Below, piece after piece: positions 39,770-52,766 of a DNA stretch of 64,000 nt (positions are counted from its first letter, which is position 1; each line of letters opens with the position of its first letter). Both the position numbers and the translations under genes were made by a program. Origin of the DNA: Podarcis tiliguerta (lineage: Eukaryota); assembly GCA_965153285.1 (NCBI GenBank), contig OZ229116.1. The stretch is one strand, 5' to 3'. The notes beneath the pieces are model-generated. The model did no database searches, was not told the DNA's origin, and saw only the letters and a program-made list of their open reading frames with translations.

Positions 39770-40651
39770 CAGTGGTGGCGAACCTATGGCACACATGCCC
39801 TCTCTGTGGGCATGCGTGCCATCGCTCTAGCAGGGCTGTAGCTTCTGTGCTGGGGTGGGAGACGAGGAGGAGAGGAGGGCTCGTGCCGTCCAAAGCCTGC
39901 AGCACCAGGGCCTGGCAAGGGAGCGAGGGGCTGAGCAGGCATTGACTTTTGATGCACCAGAGCCTCCCGCCAGTCTGTTTTTCCTACTCAGGAGTAAGCT
40001 GCCTTGAGTTTAGCAGGGCTAAACTCCCAGGTCAGTAAGCATATAAAGACAGCAACCTAAGAAGGGGCTGCTGGGTTTACATGTTCGCTGGGCTTTCCCA
40101 TGGAAGCCAACAGAGAAATTCATTCTGTGGGGGCTGCGATCAAACAGCAGCTAAAGAAATGGCAAACAACAACAACAACAGCAACATATTTATACCCCGC
40201 CCATCTGGCTGGGTTTATTTATTTATATTTATTTCTTTGTGTGCACACAATCATTATGATCTCATATTAAAAATTGGGAGAGGTTGGCTCTTAGTGCAGC
40301 CCTCCAGTGTACACTAGTGGCCAAAATTATGGAACCTTCTGGTATTTATTTTTCCCAGGTGGTGATTTTCTGGTGTCAAAATGAGAGTACCCCTAAATGT
40401 GCGTTTTTTTTAAAAAAAGCACTGACTTTTAACATAAAATTATATATCAATGGAAAGATAATATAATGAAGAATGTAATGCAATAACTTTTATGAAGGAT
40501 TATTTATTACAACAGCAGTCATAAAGAAGAAATGTGAAACACACAGAAAAAAATGAGATATACATGTTAAATTGCCGTGTTGGCACTTTGCAATAAGTGG
40601 GTTTTGGGTTGCAGTTTGAGTAGTCGGTCTCTAAAAGGTTCGCCATCACTG
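39770..40651. mobile_element. hAT-Charlie (OC1-like) non-autonomous element
   Basis: TIRs CAGTGGTGGCGAACCT / AGGTTCGCCATCACTG; perfect 8-bp TSD gtatatac. Confidence 0.9.
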
Positions 40652-40785
40652 GTATATACAATCAATCAATCAATCAATCAAGGGTATTAAGACCTCCAAA
40701 CTGGAAACTTTATATTTCAGAATGTTGGTTTGGCTCTAAAACCTTGAGAGACTTTTCCCATGGAGCAGGGACTCCATGGGCCCTT

Positions 40786-41034
40786 GAGAGCCAGTGTTGT
40801 GTAGTGGTTAAGAGTCACGTAATCTGGGTAACCGGGTTCGCGTCTCCGCTCCTCCACATGCAGCTGCTGGGTGACCTTGGGCCAGTCACAGTCTCTCAGC
40901 CCCACTCACCTCACAGAGTGTTTGTTGTGGGGGAGGAAGGGAAAGGAGAATGTTAGCCGCTTTGAGACTCCTTAAAGGGAGTGAAAGGCGGGATATCAAA
41001 TCCAAACTCTTCTTCTTCTTCTTCTTCTTCTTCT
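40786..41034 (+). mobile_element. Squam3-like SINE
   Basis: Same family as 36047; (CTT)n tail. Confidence 0.88.
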
Positions 41035-42313
41035 GTTAAGAATGGAGAAGCAGACAGCTGGCTATTTTAGCCAGCTCTGTCCTTTGTTTCAGCCTTATTT
41101 CCAGCACCCATCCTGAAAGTGTCAATACCTACTTTATAGAGCTATGTAGAATAACACCATTGCTAAGTATTCTTTGAACACTTCCCAGACTGCACTCTTG
41201 CTGCCTTTGATATCCAGCCCCTGGTGGTTACACACTTTCCCTTGCATTTACAGCAACTACTGCCACACCTTGCTAGTATGTTACCTTTAATATTAGCCAA
41301 CCGCTGTCTAATTCTGATGCATGAAATCCAAGTGCTTTGCCTATTTTGTGTCTTGAGCTTTTTCCTTTCTTTATGGCTTGGGAATTGATTCATGAATTAT
41401 GTAGTCACAGATGCATTCTCAGATCATGGAGATAATGGGCAACATCCTGAACTGAATGAGAACTACATTACTGAAGGATGTGAGAAAATTACAGAGGAAA
41501 GCTATTTTTGGTTTATCACCAATGATGAATAGCTGGAGGGATATATATATATATATGGCACTGTGTCTGACTGCATCACACTTTTTTCTATTGCATCATA
41601 TCTGCATCAGCAAGCTTTAATAGTGACAAAAAGGGCAACCACGAAATATCTTGATCTCCTGATAAAAAGGAAAGAAAATGACCTGAAAACAATCAGACCT
41701 GTGAAACATCCATGCCTCTCTTGTGTCATTCCCCTCCTGCGATCAACATGGCAATACTATCCCAATTAGCATGCATTGTAACACCCTGTAATTTGGGTTG
41801 CTGTGGCAGTGATTTCAAAATGTTTAGTTGTTCAGGTCTAAGAGTGTGTGTTTGTTTGAGGGAGAGAGAAAGAACGAGACTTTTCACTTGCATCCTCAGT
41901 CAGTTCCCAATTAAAACTTAAAAAAAAACAAAAACGGCACAAAACTGTAAACATGGTAGTTGTCACTTGCCATACTCCCCACAGACTTTTCTTTAATCCT
42001 CAATCTATTTGGGGATGGCTTGCTTTCTCATTGACAGGCAAAACATCTGTTTATCAGTAGCATATAAAATAAGAGCAAGTTAAAACGGGCTTAAATTTAG
42101 AGGCAAACTAGTGAAAGAGGCAAAACAAAAGTGGAAACGGCAAGAAAATGTTGTTCGGATTAATTTAAGAGTTTCATGCCGTACACAGCCTCACTCATCT
42201 CTATCTCCCCCTTGCATCCCCTCACCTGTCATTCCATTTCTGGCTTATTCACTATCCACTACACCACCCAGTTTGTATCTTCCTCCTCCTGCACACACAC
42301 TTGTGTTCCACTT

Positions 42314-42609
42314 GAGAGCCAGCGTGGTATAGTAGTTAAGAGCGGTAGACTCGTAATCTGGTGAACCGGGTTCGCTTCCCCGCTCCTCCACATGCAGCTG
42401 CTGGGTGACCTTGGGCTAGTCACACTTCTTTCAAGTCTCTCAGCCCCACTCACCTCACAGAGTGTTTGTTGTGGGGGAGGAAGGGAAAGGAGAATGTTGG
42501 CCGCTTTGAGACTCCTTCAGGTAATGATAAAGGGGATATCAAATCCAAACTCCTCCTCCTCCTCCTCCTCCTCCTCCTCCTCCTCTTCTTCTTCTTCTTC
42601 TTCTTCTTC
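42314..42609 (+). mobile_element. Squam3-like SINE
   Basis: Same family; (CTC)n(TTC)n tail. Confidence 0.88.
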
Positions 42610-43171
42610 CTGCCCCCTCTGTTCTTAGTTGCTCCTTTGCCTCTCTCCACCACATTTTTGCAGGCAATTTCCCCTACTTTAATGCATTCCTGTAAGCGAT
42701 TTTCACTTATACAATTTTATGCACACTTCCCCATGTTCTTTGCTTGGGGAGCTCCATTGCAAAATTCAGCAAAAAGCACACACTTCAGAAGATATCTCCA
42801 TTTCCACTCCTGTATTGTTTCCTGAAGTAGGCCTGCAAAAGAATGCAAAATGAATCAAGCTTCTTCCAAATCCCTGCCGGCTACTTCCTGTTGCCTCCTC
42901 CCAGTGCACATAGCCAGGGGCCCAAGAAATGGCTTTAAAAACTCTGCTGCCCAAGCCCTGGTCCAAATGGATCATTGCAGGAATGCAGCAGGTGGAGGTT
43001 TGCATGTTTACGCAATGGTGCTGTAAGCTTTTGAGCAGAAATTTGTTGTCTTTGTTTCTCCCACTCATTTTTGGTACCGCTGCATATCTCAGGATTCTCC
43101 CATGCACATTGAGACCTTCTCGTGGTCTCATTTTGTTCCCACAACAGTGGAACTGAGTTCATCATTAGAGG

Positions 43172-43417
43172 GAGAAGAAGAGTTTGGATTTGATATCCCG
43201 CTTTATCACTACCCTAAGGAGTCTCAAAGCGGCTAACATTCTCCTTTCCCTTCCTCCCCCACCACAAACACTCTGTGAGGTGAGTGGGGCTGAGAGACTT
43301 CAGAGAAGTGTGACTAGTCCAAGGTCACCCAGCAGCTGCATGTGGAGGAGCGGGGGCGCGAACCTGGTTACCAGATTACGAGACTACGGCTCTTAACCAC
43401 TACACCACACTGGCTCT
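43172..43417 (-). mobile_element. Squam3-like SINE
   Basis: Same family, inverted relative to the 42314 copy. Confidence 0.88.
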
Positions 43418-44655
43418 GGGAGTGATATGTTTATTAATTAGGCAATAAGAATCACGTGGCATCCAAACAATTCTTTTTTTTAAAAAAGAAGAAGATATTT
43501 CTAAATTTGGCTAAAAAGCTTTGTTGTAGTTTTTATTCCCAAATGGCATAAGCATTAAGCAGTAGTGGATAGCACAGTAGGGTTGTGCTGTTTACTTGAC
43601 ATGACCTCTTTCTGGCCAACTTGCTGCTGCATAAAAGGATGGAGGGGGGCAGAGGCAAGGTCAGCTTGGTGCAAATGCATCGGCAGAGCCAATCCAGTGT
43701 TCCTGCTGGTATGTTTGCACCACTCTGACTTGGCCTTCTCAGTGTGCAGCAGACTCCCAGCCAGAGGCAGGCCATCTAAGTGATACAGTCCCAATACATA
43801 ATCCACTACTGGCATTAAGGAATGTAGTCAGCTTCATTTACAATCCCATGTACATTTCTCTGGGAGTAAACCCCAGAAGACAGTAGGAGCTAGTTCTGAG
43901 TTATTGTTGTTGTGTTGTTGATAACGTCGCACTGCATGTTGCCTGGTTTCTTTTCAGGCCATTTCAAAATGCCTCAAGCGACATTGTCCGCATATTTCCT
44001 AAGTCACCCTCAACTTAGATGAGATCCATCCAGACTACGTGCGCTTCGTGCAAGGATGCAGTTGAATGAGCACAAGTTAGACACTCGAGTCTGCCTCCCT
44101 CCGCCAACCCTTCAAAACTCCCAGAGCCTTCAGGATTGTCAAGATGTCAGGACTAGGCTAGACTTACAGAAAAACAATTCTGGAAGCTTATGCTAACAGG
44201 AGCTTCCTATTCTGCACAGTAATGAAGGCTGAACTGGATAACTAGTTTCTGCTTACTAACAAAAACAAAAGCATTAGCACATACTCAGAGAAAACACGAG
44301 GAAAGGGCAAACCAGAGGACTCATACAATTACTGGAAAGACTGGATCAAGGGAAAAGACGCGACAGTCTCTTCTATGTGTGTAAAAACAGAATATCCGTA
44401 AAACAGACTAGCTTTGCTGAGGGTCCCAATTGGAGTTTGGGGCTTCTGAAAAATAGATGCCTGAATGTCAAGCTGTTGAAACCTTAGCCTTTTGTGGCTA
44501 ATAAGACTCTAGTGTATCATTACCATTTCTTTTCTTTTTACCTGACTATATTGGGTGGGCACTGTATATCCTGTCCTTGCAGTTGGATTTTTTAAAAAAA
44601 CATTTCTTCCCCTTGAACCTGAATACTGTTTAGTATTTACAGAATGTATTTCAGG

Positions 44656-44742
44656 TAGGGATGGAGGAGAACTGGAATCCATTTTGCATTTAAAGGCAAA
44701 TCTACATTTCCCAAAATAATACGCAAACCCAAATACAGCTGT

Positions 44743-44793
<51 letters not shown>

Positions 44794-45020
44794 AATATAC
44801 AAAAACACATATATTAGGGTAAGCTTTGCATAGAAATGCATATATTCATGAAAATAATGTATAAAATAAGGGAATATTGCTTCGCAACAATATGCATGTT
44901 AGGCAAAATTGCATAAAAATGTGTCTATTGGGAGAATTATTTTTAATTGCGAACTGATATGGAAATGTGGAGAACCCAACCTAATACTGGAAAAATGAGA
45001 AACTGAAACTCATCCCCAAT
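44656..45020. mobile_element. Old hAT-like element containing a (TA)n microsatellite (44746-44790)
   Basis: TAGGGATG...CATCCCCA termini; degraded. Confidence 0.45.
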
Positions 45021-47129
45021 TTCAGGTGATCATGGGACTTCATTAAAAACAAAGAATAGCTTGTTTGAGGCTGTATTTTACAGCCAAACTGAACCAAACA
45101 TGTCATGAATCACCCCATATGCTCTTAATCATTACTCTGCTTATTAAGAAATGTGTATTGGAAAATCGCAAGGAACAATACAACATAACACACAACATCA
45201 ATGAATGTGAATGTTGTCCCATCTTAATGGGTTCCTGCTGTTAGATAAACAGCAAGGAATCTATCAAAAAACCCAACCAAAACAAAGCATTGATGGGAAG
45301 CTGATACATTGACCCTGTAACAATGTTTCATTTCAGTGTTTGTTTTCACTTGTGTCAAATGATTGACACCATTTTAATTATTTCATCTGATGGATGGTGG
45401 TACAAGGGAATGAAAGTATTTCATTGTAGCATTATTGACTTGCTTCACTCTGATTGGCTTAGGGAACAGATGAATTAGATGCTTCAGGCAATCAAAAGGC
45501 AGTTTTTCATTATAGCTACTTGGGAAGGCAAACAGCTAATTATTAATACAATGGGATACTAATCAGATTGTTACTTGCAATGGATTAATGTGACACTTGA
45601 AAGACTGGAGTTCAACAACATTATTTTTTACAAGGCTTGGAGAGCTATTCAGACAGGCACAAATAAAGCTGCCATTCTTTTCATATATTGACTAGCAATT
45701 AAACCATGTCCTTGACCTTTAGGGACTAGAAGTTGCAACTGCCAATCAAATGAAGCACAAAGACTGAAATCAAAAGAAACCACATCCTGCCACCCCTAAT
45801 AATAAACAATATTTAAACACCAAAAATACAACACACACACACATTATACATATTATACATATTGTACATATTGTACAATATAGAAAATAAGTGAAACAAA
45901 AACATATAACATCAAATATTTGAAGGCTGTCACATGGACGATGGAGCAAGCTTGTTTTCTGCTGCTCCAGAGGGAAGGACTCAAAGCAATGGATTCAAAT
46001 AACCTGAGGTGGTTGCCTTACCTTGTCTCATGGGTGGGCTGGTCCTGCGAAAAGCACAAATCGGGATGGCAACTGAAAGAGGGATTTCATGCTGATCAAA
46101 AGGGTAAGATGCTTGACTCTGGATGAAGAGTACTTGACTCTGGATAGGCATGTTGCTGTGCTAGTTGATATGAGAACGGAGGGTTCTCGAGAATGGTAAG
46201 GTGTTCTATTCATTGCATTAAGATATATAGGACTTGGAGCCTGCACTTCCATGAGCTCCTTATCCCATGGCTTAGAGGACCGGGATGTTCTTTGTCCATA
46301 TCAAAACAATAAGGATGGGGAACCTGCAGCCTTACAGATGTTATTGGATTCCAATCAGCTCCAGCCAGCATGGCCAATGATTGGGTAAGATGGGAGAAGC
46401 AGTCAAACAGTATTTGGAAGGCCACAGATCCCCAACTCCTGTGATAGAGGATGGTGACTAGTCCTGCAAATACACCCAGAGCACATTTCAGGCAGGACAA
46501 AACACTTGAGGACAATGTGACTGGTGCAGTCCAGGGAGACATGGTGTCTTTGCAGCCTGGGGAGAGTTGCAAAAGCCAGATAGAGGCCTGGAGGACCACA
46601 CTCTTGCACTGTGGGCTTTCTCTTGCACTAACAAGATTCATCACTATGGCCAGGGCATAGTGACTTTCCTATTCACTTAGGACCTCTCTTGTTCCTGATA
46701 CACATTCTGCTTCACAGTCTTGCACATTCAAGCCCCTTCCCATAAGTGAAAGAAGTGTCAATGATTTATTTGCCTTGAGGGACCAATAAGATTAACTTAA
46801 ATGTGCCGTGTTTGTCTCTATGAATAGAGTTGAGAAGGGCTGACAATGAAGTTATTCTAAAAAAATTAGGAATGGGGGGAAAGCTCCATTTCCCCTCACT
46901 ACATTTTAGCACTTCACAAATACATGGTAAGAATGAAGATTCCTCATAATATTTCATATGTTTTCATTCCTTTTTGTATAAACCTCATCCATTTCAGGTT
47001 TTAAAATGACAACTCTCCACTTACCGTACTATGGAAGCTGTAATATTTTTCTCTGCAATTTTTTCTCCTCTTCCTACAAAGCATTTAAAGCATTATGCTT
47101 TTTTAATGCTTCCCCATATACTCAGGTAT

Positions 47130-47405
47130 ATCTGAGTTACTGCAGTTTGCTGAGAGCCACAGCACAAATTGAACCTTGCGAACATTTCTCCAGTACAGCA
47201 AACATCAAGGTGGAGAAATCAAATAATTTTTGAAGTCATTATATTCCTTTTGAGAAGTCGTTCACAAGCGTGTGGTATGACCTCTTTCCTCAGCAAAGGC
47301 TAGGTTGAAAGTCCCTCCTTCAGTCAGCTTGGGCTTAGTTCCAGATAACTTCCTCAGTGCTGAAGTTTTCAGGAATTTTCAGAAGGCCAGTAACCCAGGA
47401 GTGAT
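47130..47405 (-). pseudogene. Exon remnant, RGS domain N-terminal half
   Basis: LLAF*KFLKTSA ... SQKEYNDFKNYLISPP*CLLYWRNVRKV, a FxxYL..LxYWxxV pattern. Boundaries are uncertain. Confidence 0.45.
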
Positions 47406-48005
47406 CTTATGGTGTCAATTTCAAACATGGTGAGTGAGACTCTGAGCCTCTACAAACCATTTTATAGTCTCCTTGATCTTTAGAGTTATAGTGAACTTAA
47501 TAACAGTTGACAGAACAGGTCCAGGAACTTGTTTTTAAAAAGTGTTCAAAGACCTAAGCATTTAGTGAAACTTGAGCCATTAATACACATTGCTTTGCAT
47601 ACAACCACAATAATTCCCAATAATTTAGTTTCTTCCACTCATTTCCCTCTTTCTTTCTCCTGTCTCCTGGGTTTAAGCTTATTTCTCTGCATCTTGGATG
47701 GCCTTGATAAGGTTGGTGTATTTGACAATGTCAACCATGTTGGTCATTTCCTCTGTATGGCCATTCACCTTTTTTTTTCTTTTTTCTTTTTGCATAGGGG
47801 ATTTTACATATAAGATGCTCCTCAGCTATTTCTAGAACTATTTAGCTGAACATTCGTAGATGTGGGTTGAAGGTTGAAATATTTCTCTAGTTCATCAGTG
47901 CAGATGGAGAAGAGCAAAGGCCACTCACTGTGTTCAGTGCATATCACTAGAGTACTGTAATATAAAGAAGCAAACTAACCATGTAAGTCCCGGTTCAGCT
48001 CTTAC

Positions 48006-48588
48006 CATGAAGCCTGGGAATGTGCTAAGGAGCCGGATTTATATCATTCTTTTTTTGGAATGACTATTTCCCTTTATTCTGATTTGCTTTAAGGTGATAT
48101 TCTTTGAAACCATGAACGCTCGATATATGCTTGCTGGACAAAAAGAAAGACTTCTTCCATTTCCTCAGCCAGAAGGTCAATCAACTTCTGTATAGGTTGC
48201 TGCAACAGGCAATTTAATAATGCTCTAAACTTACCAAAAAGAAATGTTGGGTACTAAGGGAATATCTTTAATAATAATAACCATTAAAGTCTCTGCAAAC
48301 CAAGCGAAATCTAATAAATTAAAGACTAGACTGTGACCTCTCCTGGTTGCTCAGCAGTAATAAGAGGCATTGGACTTCTCTTATTCCAGCTACAAACACC
48401 ATTTTTTATTATTAGATCCATACCACTTTAGAGTGTGTGAACTGTTTTACAGTAATTATCTCCTTCAACCTGCTGCCGTCTGTGAGTGGTTCCAGCCTTG
48501 CTTTATTGAGTGTGAGATCTGGGTTCTAGCCCTGCTGCCTATTTGTAGGATTATTTTTTCCTACTGCCTCAACTCTTTTCATTTAAAA
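48006..48588 (-). pseudogene. Exon remnant, RGS domain C-terminal half
   Basis: ataacttcacag acceptor and ATG|GTAAGA donor; TFLFGKFRALLNCLLQQPIQKLIDLLAEEMEEVFLFVQQAYIERSWF, then a 1-nt shift gives KEYHLK (cf. RGSL1 TFFQG..LQC..PII..LTLQ..IEEKWFKDY). Confidence 0.55.
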
Positions 48589-48713
48589 CTGTGAAGTTAT
48601 AATAAAGAGAAGGGTGGAGGCCATAGCTGAGTGGAAGGGCATATATTTTACATGCATTTGAGGGCCAGCTTCAATGCCTGGGACCTCCACATTAAAGGAC
48701 CTCTAAGAGAAAT

Positions 48714-49064
48714 GGGACGCGGGTGGTGCTGTGGGTTAAACCACAGAGCCTAGGACTTGCCGATCAGAACGTCGGCGGTTCGAATCCTCGCAACGGGGTG
48801 AGCTCCCATTGCTCGGTCCCTGCTCCTGCCAACCTAGCAGTTCAAAAGCACGTCAAAGTGCAAGTAGATAAATAGGTACCACTCTGATGGGAAGGTAAAC
48901 GGTGTTTCCATATGCTGCTCTGGTTCACCAGAAGCGGCTTAGCCATGCTGGCCACATGACCCGGAAGCTGTACGCCGGCTCCCTCAGCAAATAAAGTGAG
49001 ATGAGCGCCACAACCCCAGAATTGGTCATGACTGGAACTAATGGTCAGGGGTCCCTTTACCTTT
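48714..49064 (+). mobile_element. Sauria SINE (Squam1)
   Basis: Full length, ends CCCTTTACCTTT; TSD taagagaaat(ggg); sits just after an older tRNA-SINE head (about 48617-48700). Confidence 0.93.
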
Positions 49065-49143
49065 AAGAGAAATGGGGGTTGCTATTGCCCAAGATTCTAA
49101 AAAGCGCCTGCCAATCTGAAGTATGTGTATGTGCATGTTTGGG

Positions 49144-49174
<31 letters not shown>

Positions 49175-49718
49175 CATGCATGCATGTGTGAGATGTAGGG
49201 TGTTCATGTTCAGTCTTGGTCACAACCCACCACTGGCAAGTGGCCTCCTGGAGGGTTGAAGTGATTCAACATGGCTCCAGCACACAAAAATGTTAATTAC
49301 CCCAGCAATAGGCTGTACTGGGCTAAACTGATCAGATAATTTAAGCAGACCTTTGCATCTTCACCACAACTATGTGAGAAGGTCATAGGTTCATAGAATA
49401 AGAGAGTACAAGGGCCCCCGAGGTACTAGTCCAACCCCATGCAATGCAGGAATCTCACATTTCTTTGGCAAGGCCCCAAAACACACACAAATACCCACTA
49501 TTACATAAAATAGTTAAGGCAGAAAGAAATGCTGATCACTTAAAATGTCAGAAAAAGTAGGAAGTATGCCACTGAGCGGCATCAAATGAATCAATGTATC
49601 TGACATTTTCATTGACTGTTTTTGTGTCCATAGTGACACGCATGATAACCTTAATTCCATGGTATCGGTGAGGTATTAAATGACAAATAAACTCTCTCTC
49701 TCCCCCCCCCCCACACAA

Positions 49719-49955
49719 TGGGACTTGACATCTTTCCACAGGGCCTGCAAGACAGAGCTGTTCCACCAAGCCTTTGGCCAGGGCACAGCCTGACTCCCTT
49801 CTTTGGCAATCTTCACAGAACTCTAGCGCAATGGTTGCCATCAATTTGATTTGAATTAATTTTCTAATGAAGTGATTTTAGAATGTTGTATTATTTTATT
49901 GTTGTTAGCTGCCCTGAGCCTGGCTCCGGCTGGGGAGGGCGGGATATAAATAAAA

Positions 49956-50004
<49 letters not shown>

Positions 50005-50010
50005 TATTAT
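49719..50010 (+). mobile_element. L2 LINE 3' end
   Basis: Matches the 3' end of 12832-13452; (TTA)n tail. Confidence 0.85.
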
Positions 50011-50154
50011 TAACATGATTTAAAAGTATCTGATCCCATCTTCATATTTCAGCAGGACTCTTGAAGCACTTTGCATAGCCCAACAGTACAAATTTCACAT
50101 TAAAAACTGACCGATATTACCACTACTGCTGCTGCTGCTACTCGTACTTCCAAA

Positions 50155-50198
<44 letters not shown>

Positions 50199-50726
50199 CA
50201 CATTGCATAATGAAGCAACAAAAAATACCTCAGAACAATGTCCATAACTATTTAACTACTTTATGTCACATTGTCAATGAAGTGACTTGGCCCATTTTGT
50301 AGAAGTCCCAAATCTATTCCTTTTTCCTACCTCAGGTTGTTGCAACACAGAGTGAAGGCCAACCTTATGGCTGCTGGTTCATTTTGCAGTTCCATCCTTT
50401 AGGCGTTTAAATTGTCCTAACCTCATTCCTCAACTCTGCACTTAACCCAGCCTTGAGCTGTTGAGTTTCTTTGAGCCTTTTCCTGCCATCAGACAGTAAT
50501 GGCACATTCACACTATAATCAAGTGTTTCCAGGTGATGGCATACAGCTAAATTGGAGATACTATCTTGCCCTGAAAAAGAAAAAAAACCACAGGCTGTCA
50601 GCTGAGCTATTGTTTTCCTTTCACTCTTTCTCTCTCCCATATCCCACAATGCTTTCCACTCCTTCTCCACCACTCTCATTCCTGTTCCACTGGAAATCCT
50701 TTCTGTACGTGTTATTCTTGTTAAAA

Positions 50727-50947
50727 GTAAGAGCTGTAAGAACAGTAAGAGTAAGAACAGTAAGAGCTGTTCGACAGTGGAATTTGCTGCCAAGGAGTGT
50801 GGTGGAGTCTCCTTCTTTGGAGGTCTTTAAGCAGAGGCTTGACAACCATATGTCAGGAGTGCTCTGATGGTGTTTCCTGCTTGGCAGGGGGTTGGACTCG
50901 ATGACCCTTGTGGTCTCTTCCAACTCTATGATTCTATGATTCTATGG
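50727..50947 (+). mobile_element. Young CR1 3' end
   Basis: VRAVRQWNLLPRSVVESPSLEVFKQRLD and (ATTCTATG)n tail. Confidence 0.92.
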
Positions 50948-51382
50948 TATTCTCCCCCGCCTTCCTGCAAACCCACAGCCCTTCCCCTACCTGAATACAA
51001 CAATTTGTTCCATTGCTATGTTCTCAGCACTCCCTATCTAAATCCAATTTTGTTCTCTTTTTAAAAGTGCACTTCAAACAACATCTTTTATGAACAAAAT
51101 AAATAAATAAATTTGTTTTGATGTAGAACGGGCAGTGTGCACTCCGAGAGCAAAACAGACTATCGAATGTCTATCTTTGTCCCATCTCATGTACAGCTTG
51201 TAGGCTGATCTACAAAGCAGTAGGAACACAGAGTTCAGTGAAAAGCAAACATAGCAGTGCATTTTGCTCCTTGTTCCTGCCAGTTCCCATAAGATGCAAC
51301 AAGGGAATTTCTGGCCGATACATGCATGTTCAAATTCAACCCTGGATTGCCTTATTGTACTTTTAGTTTGGCAGGATTTCTG

Positions 51383-51414
<32 letters not shown>

Positions 51415-51451
51415 TGGGCAATATTTCAGAAGTCGTGTTTTTGCTTTAAAT

Positions 51452-51587
51452 CAGGCTTCCTCAAATTCGGCCCTCGAGATGTCTTGAGACTACAATTCCC
51501 ATCATCCCTGACCGTTGGTCCTGCTAGATAGGGATCAGGGGTGTTGTAGGCCAAAAACATCTGGAGGGCCGAGGTTGAGGAAGCCTG
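51452..51587. mobile_element. Palindromic hAT MITE
   Basis: TIR CAGGCTTCCTCAA with 8-bp TSD ctttaaat. Older relatives lie near 5.7, 9.0, 22.0, 24.4, 33.7, 46.3, 58.5, 60.1 and 61.6 kb. Confidence 0.9.
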
Positions 51588-52766
51588 CTTTAAATAAACA
51601 TTTTGCCTTTTATAATTCTTTAAATAAACATTTTGCCTTTTATAAATCTGAATGTGCATAAGTTGCAGGCTTACTGTAGAAATGTGTACCTTTTTTATCC
51701 TATTTTTTGGTAACATGTAAGTGGCCAGCCAAAAGATCAGAAGTAGGCTGTAACGGTTTAATTATAATTATAATTATAATTATTATAATAGTGTGTGTGT
51801 GTATCCCCAATCCTTTCTGAAAGTAAACACTACTCTGATGGATCTTTAGAACAATCATCCAGTCTCATACATATTTATATATTTAATTTGGTTGTACTGT
51901 CACAGCTAAGTGGCTTAGCAAGCATGTCTGTTTAACGCACTCCATGGTCCTGTTTACATTTCCACTTTGTCTTTAGCTTGCTGTTTGATTGCTCTCAGGT
52001 GCAATTATTTCTGTCACCCCCCCTGCCCCGCCCAGGCCTTTCTCCTGCCCCTAATTGCCACTGTCCCAGTCAATCCAATTCCTGTGACTGGGAAATGGTG
52101 CTTTATCCATTAACTCTGTTTCTTTAAATTTCTGGGCAGAGAAAAAATAACAATCTCGGGTGATGGATAAAAATCTCCACTTTCAAAAATCTGGGATTCA
52201 GGTTTCTTTATAGACAATGCTTAGATCAATATCTCAGCCCTAAGTACATTGTGAGGTCCTTTACCAAGAGCTCTTATTGGCTTGGCAGATTATGAAGTGA
52301 ACTTGTAGAAAGACAGTCAGCTACTTTTGTCCACTCACTAGAGCAATTATTAAATGACTCTGCAAAACCACTCACTCTGAATGCTAATCTTTTTAATGTT
52401 TCACTTGCATTTTGCAAGGCAGCACATTCCTACATCTGTTGGACACAGATGACAGCTTCCTATGGAAACTACCTAGACATCTGAAATTGGCCTTTAATTG
52501 AAACCAGAGATGGGGAACCACCAGCCCAAGGACCAAATGTGGCCCCCTAGCCCTCTCTATCTGGCCCGCAGGCCACATCCCAAGCCACACCGCTCTCCAG
52601 ACTTGATTTGCACCTTCCTTATGTGCTTGCCTGGCTAGAATGTGGCCTTGAACTGGGACAATACGTCTTTCCAACGAGGAACAGCACACAGAGGATGAGG
52701 TCAAGCCTCTTTAAATACTCAATGAGCAGACCAAGTGAAGCCTGTATGCCTTCCCACACTGGGACA

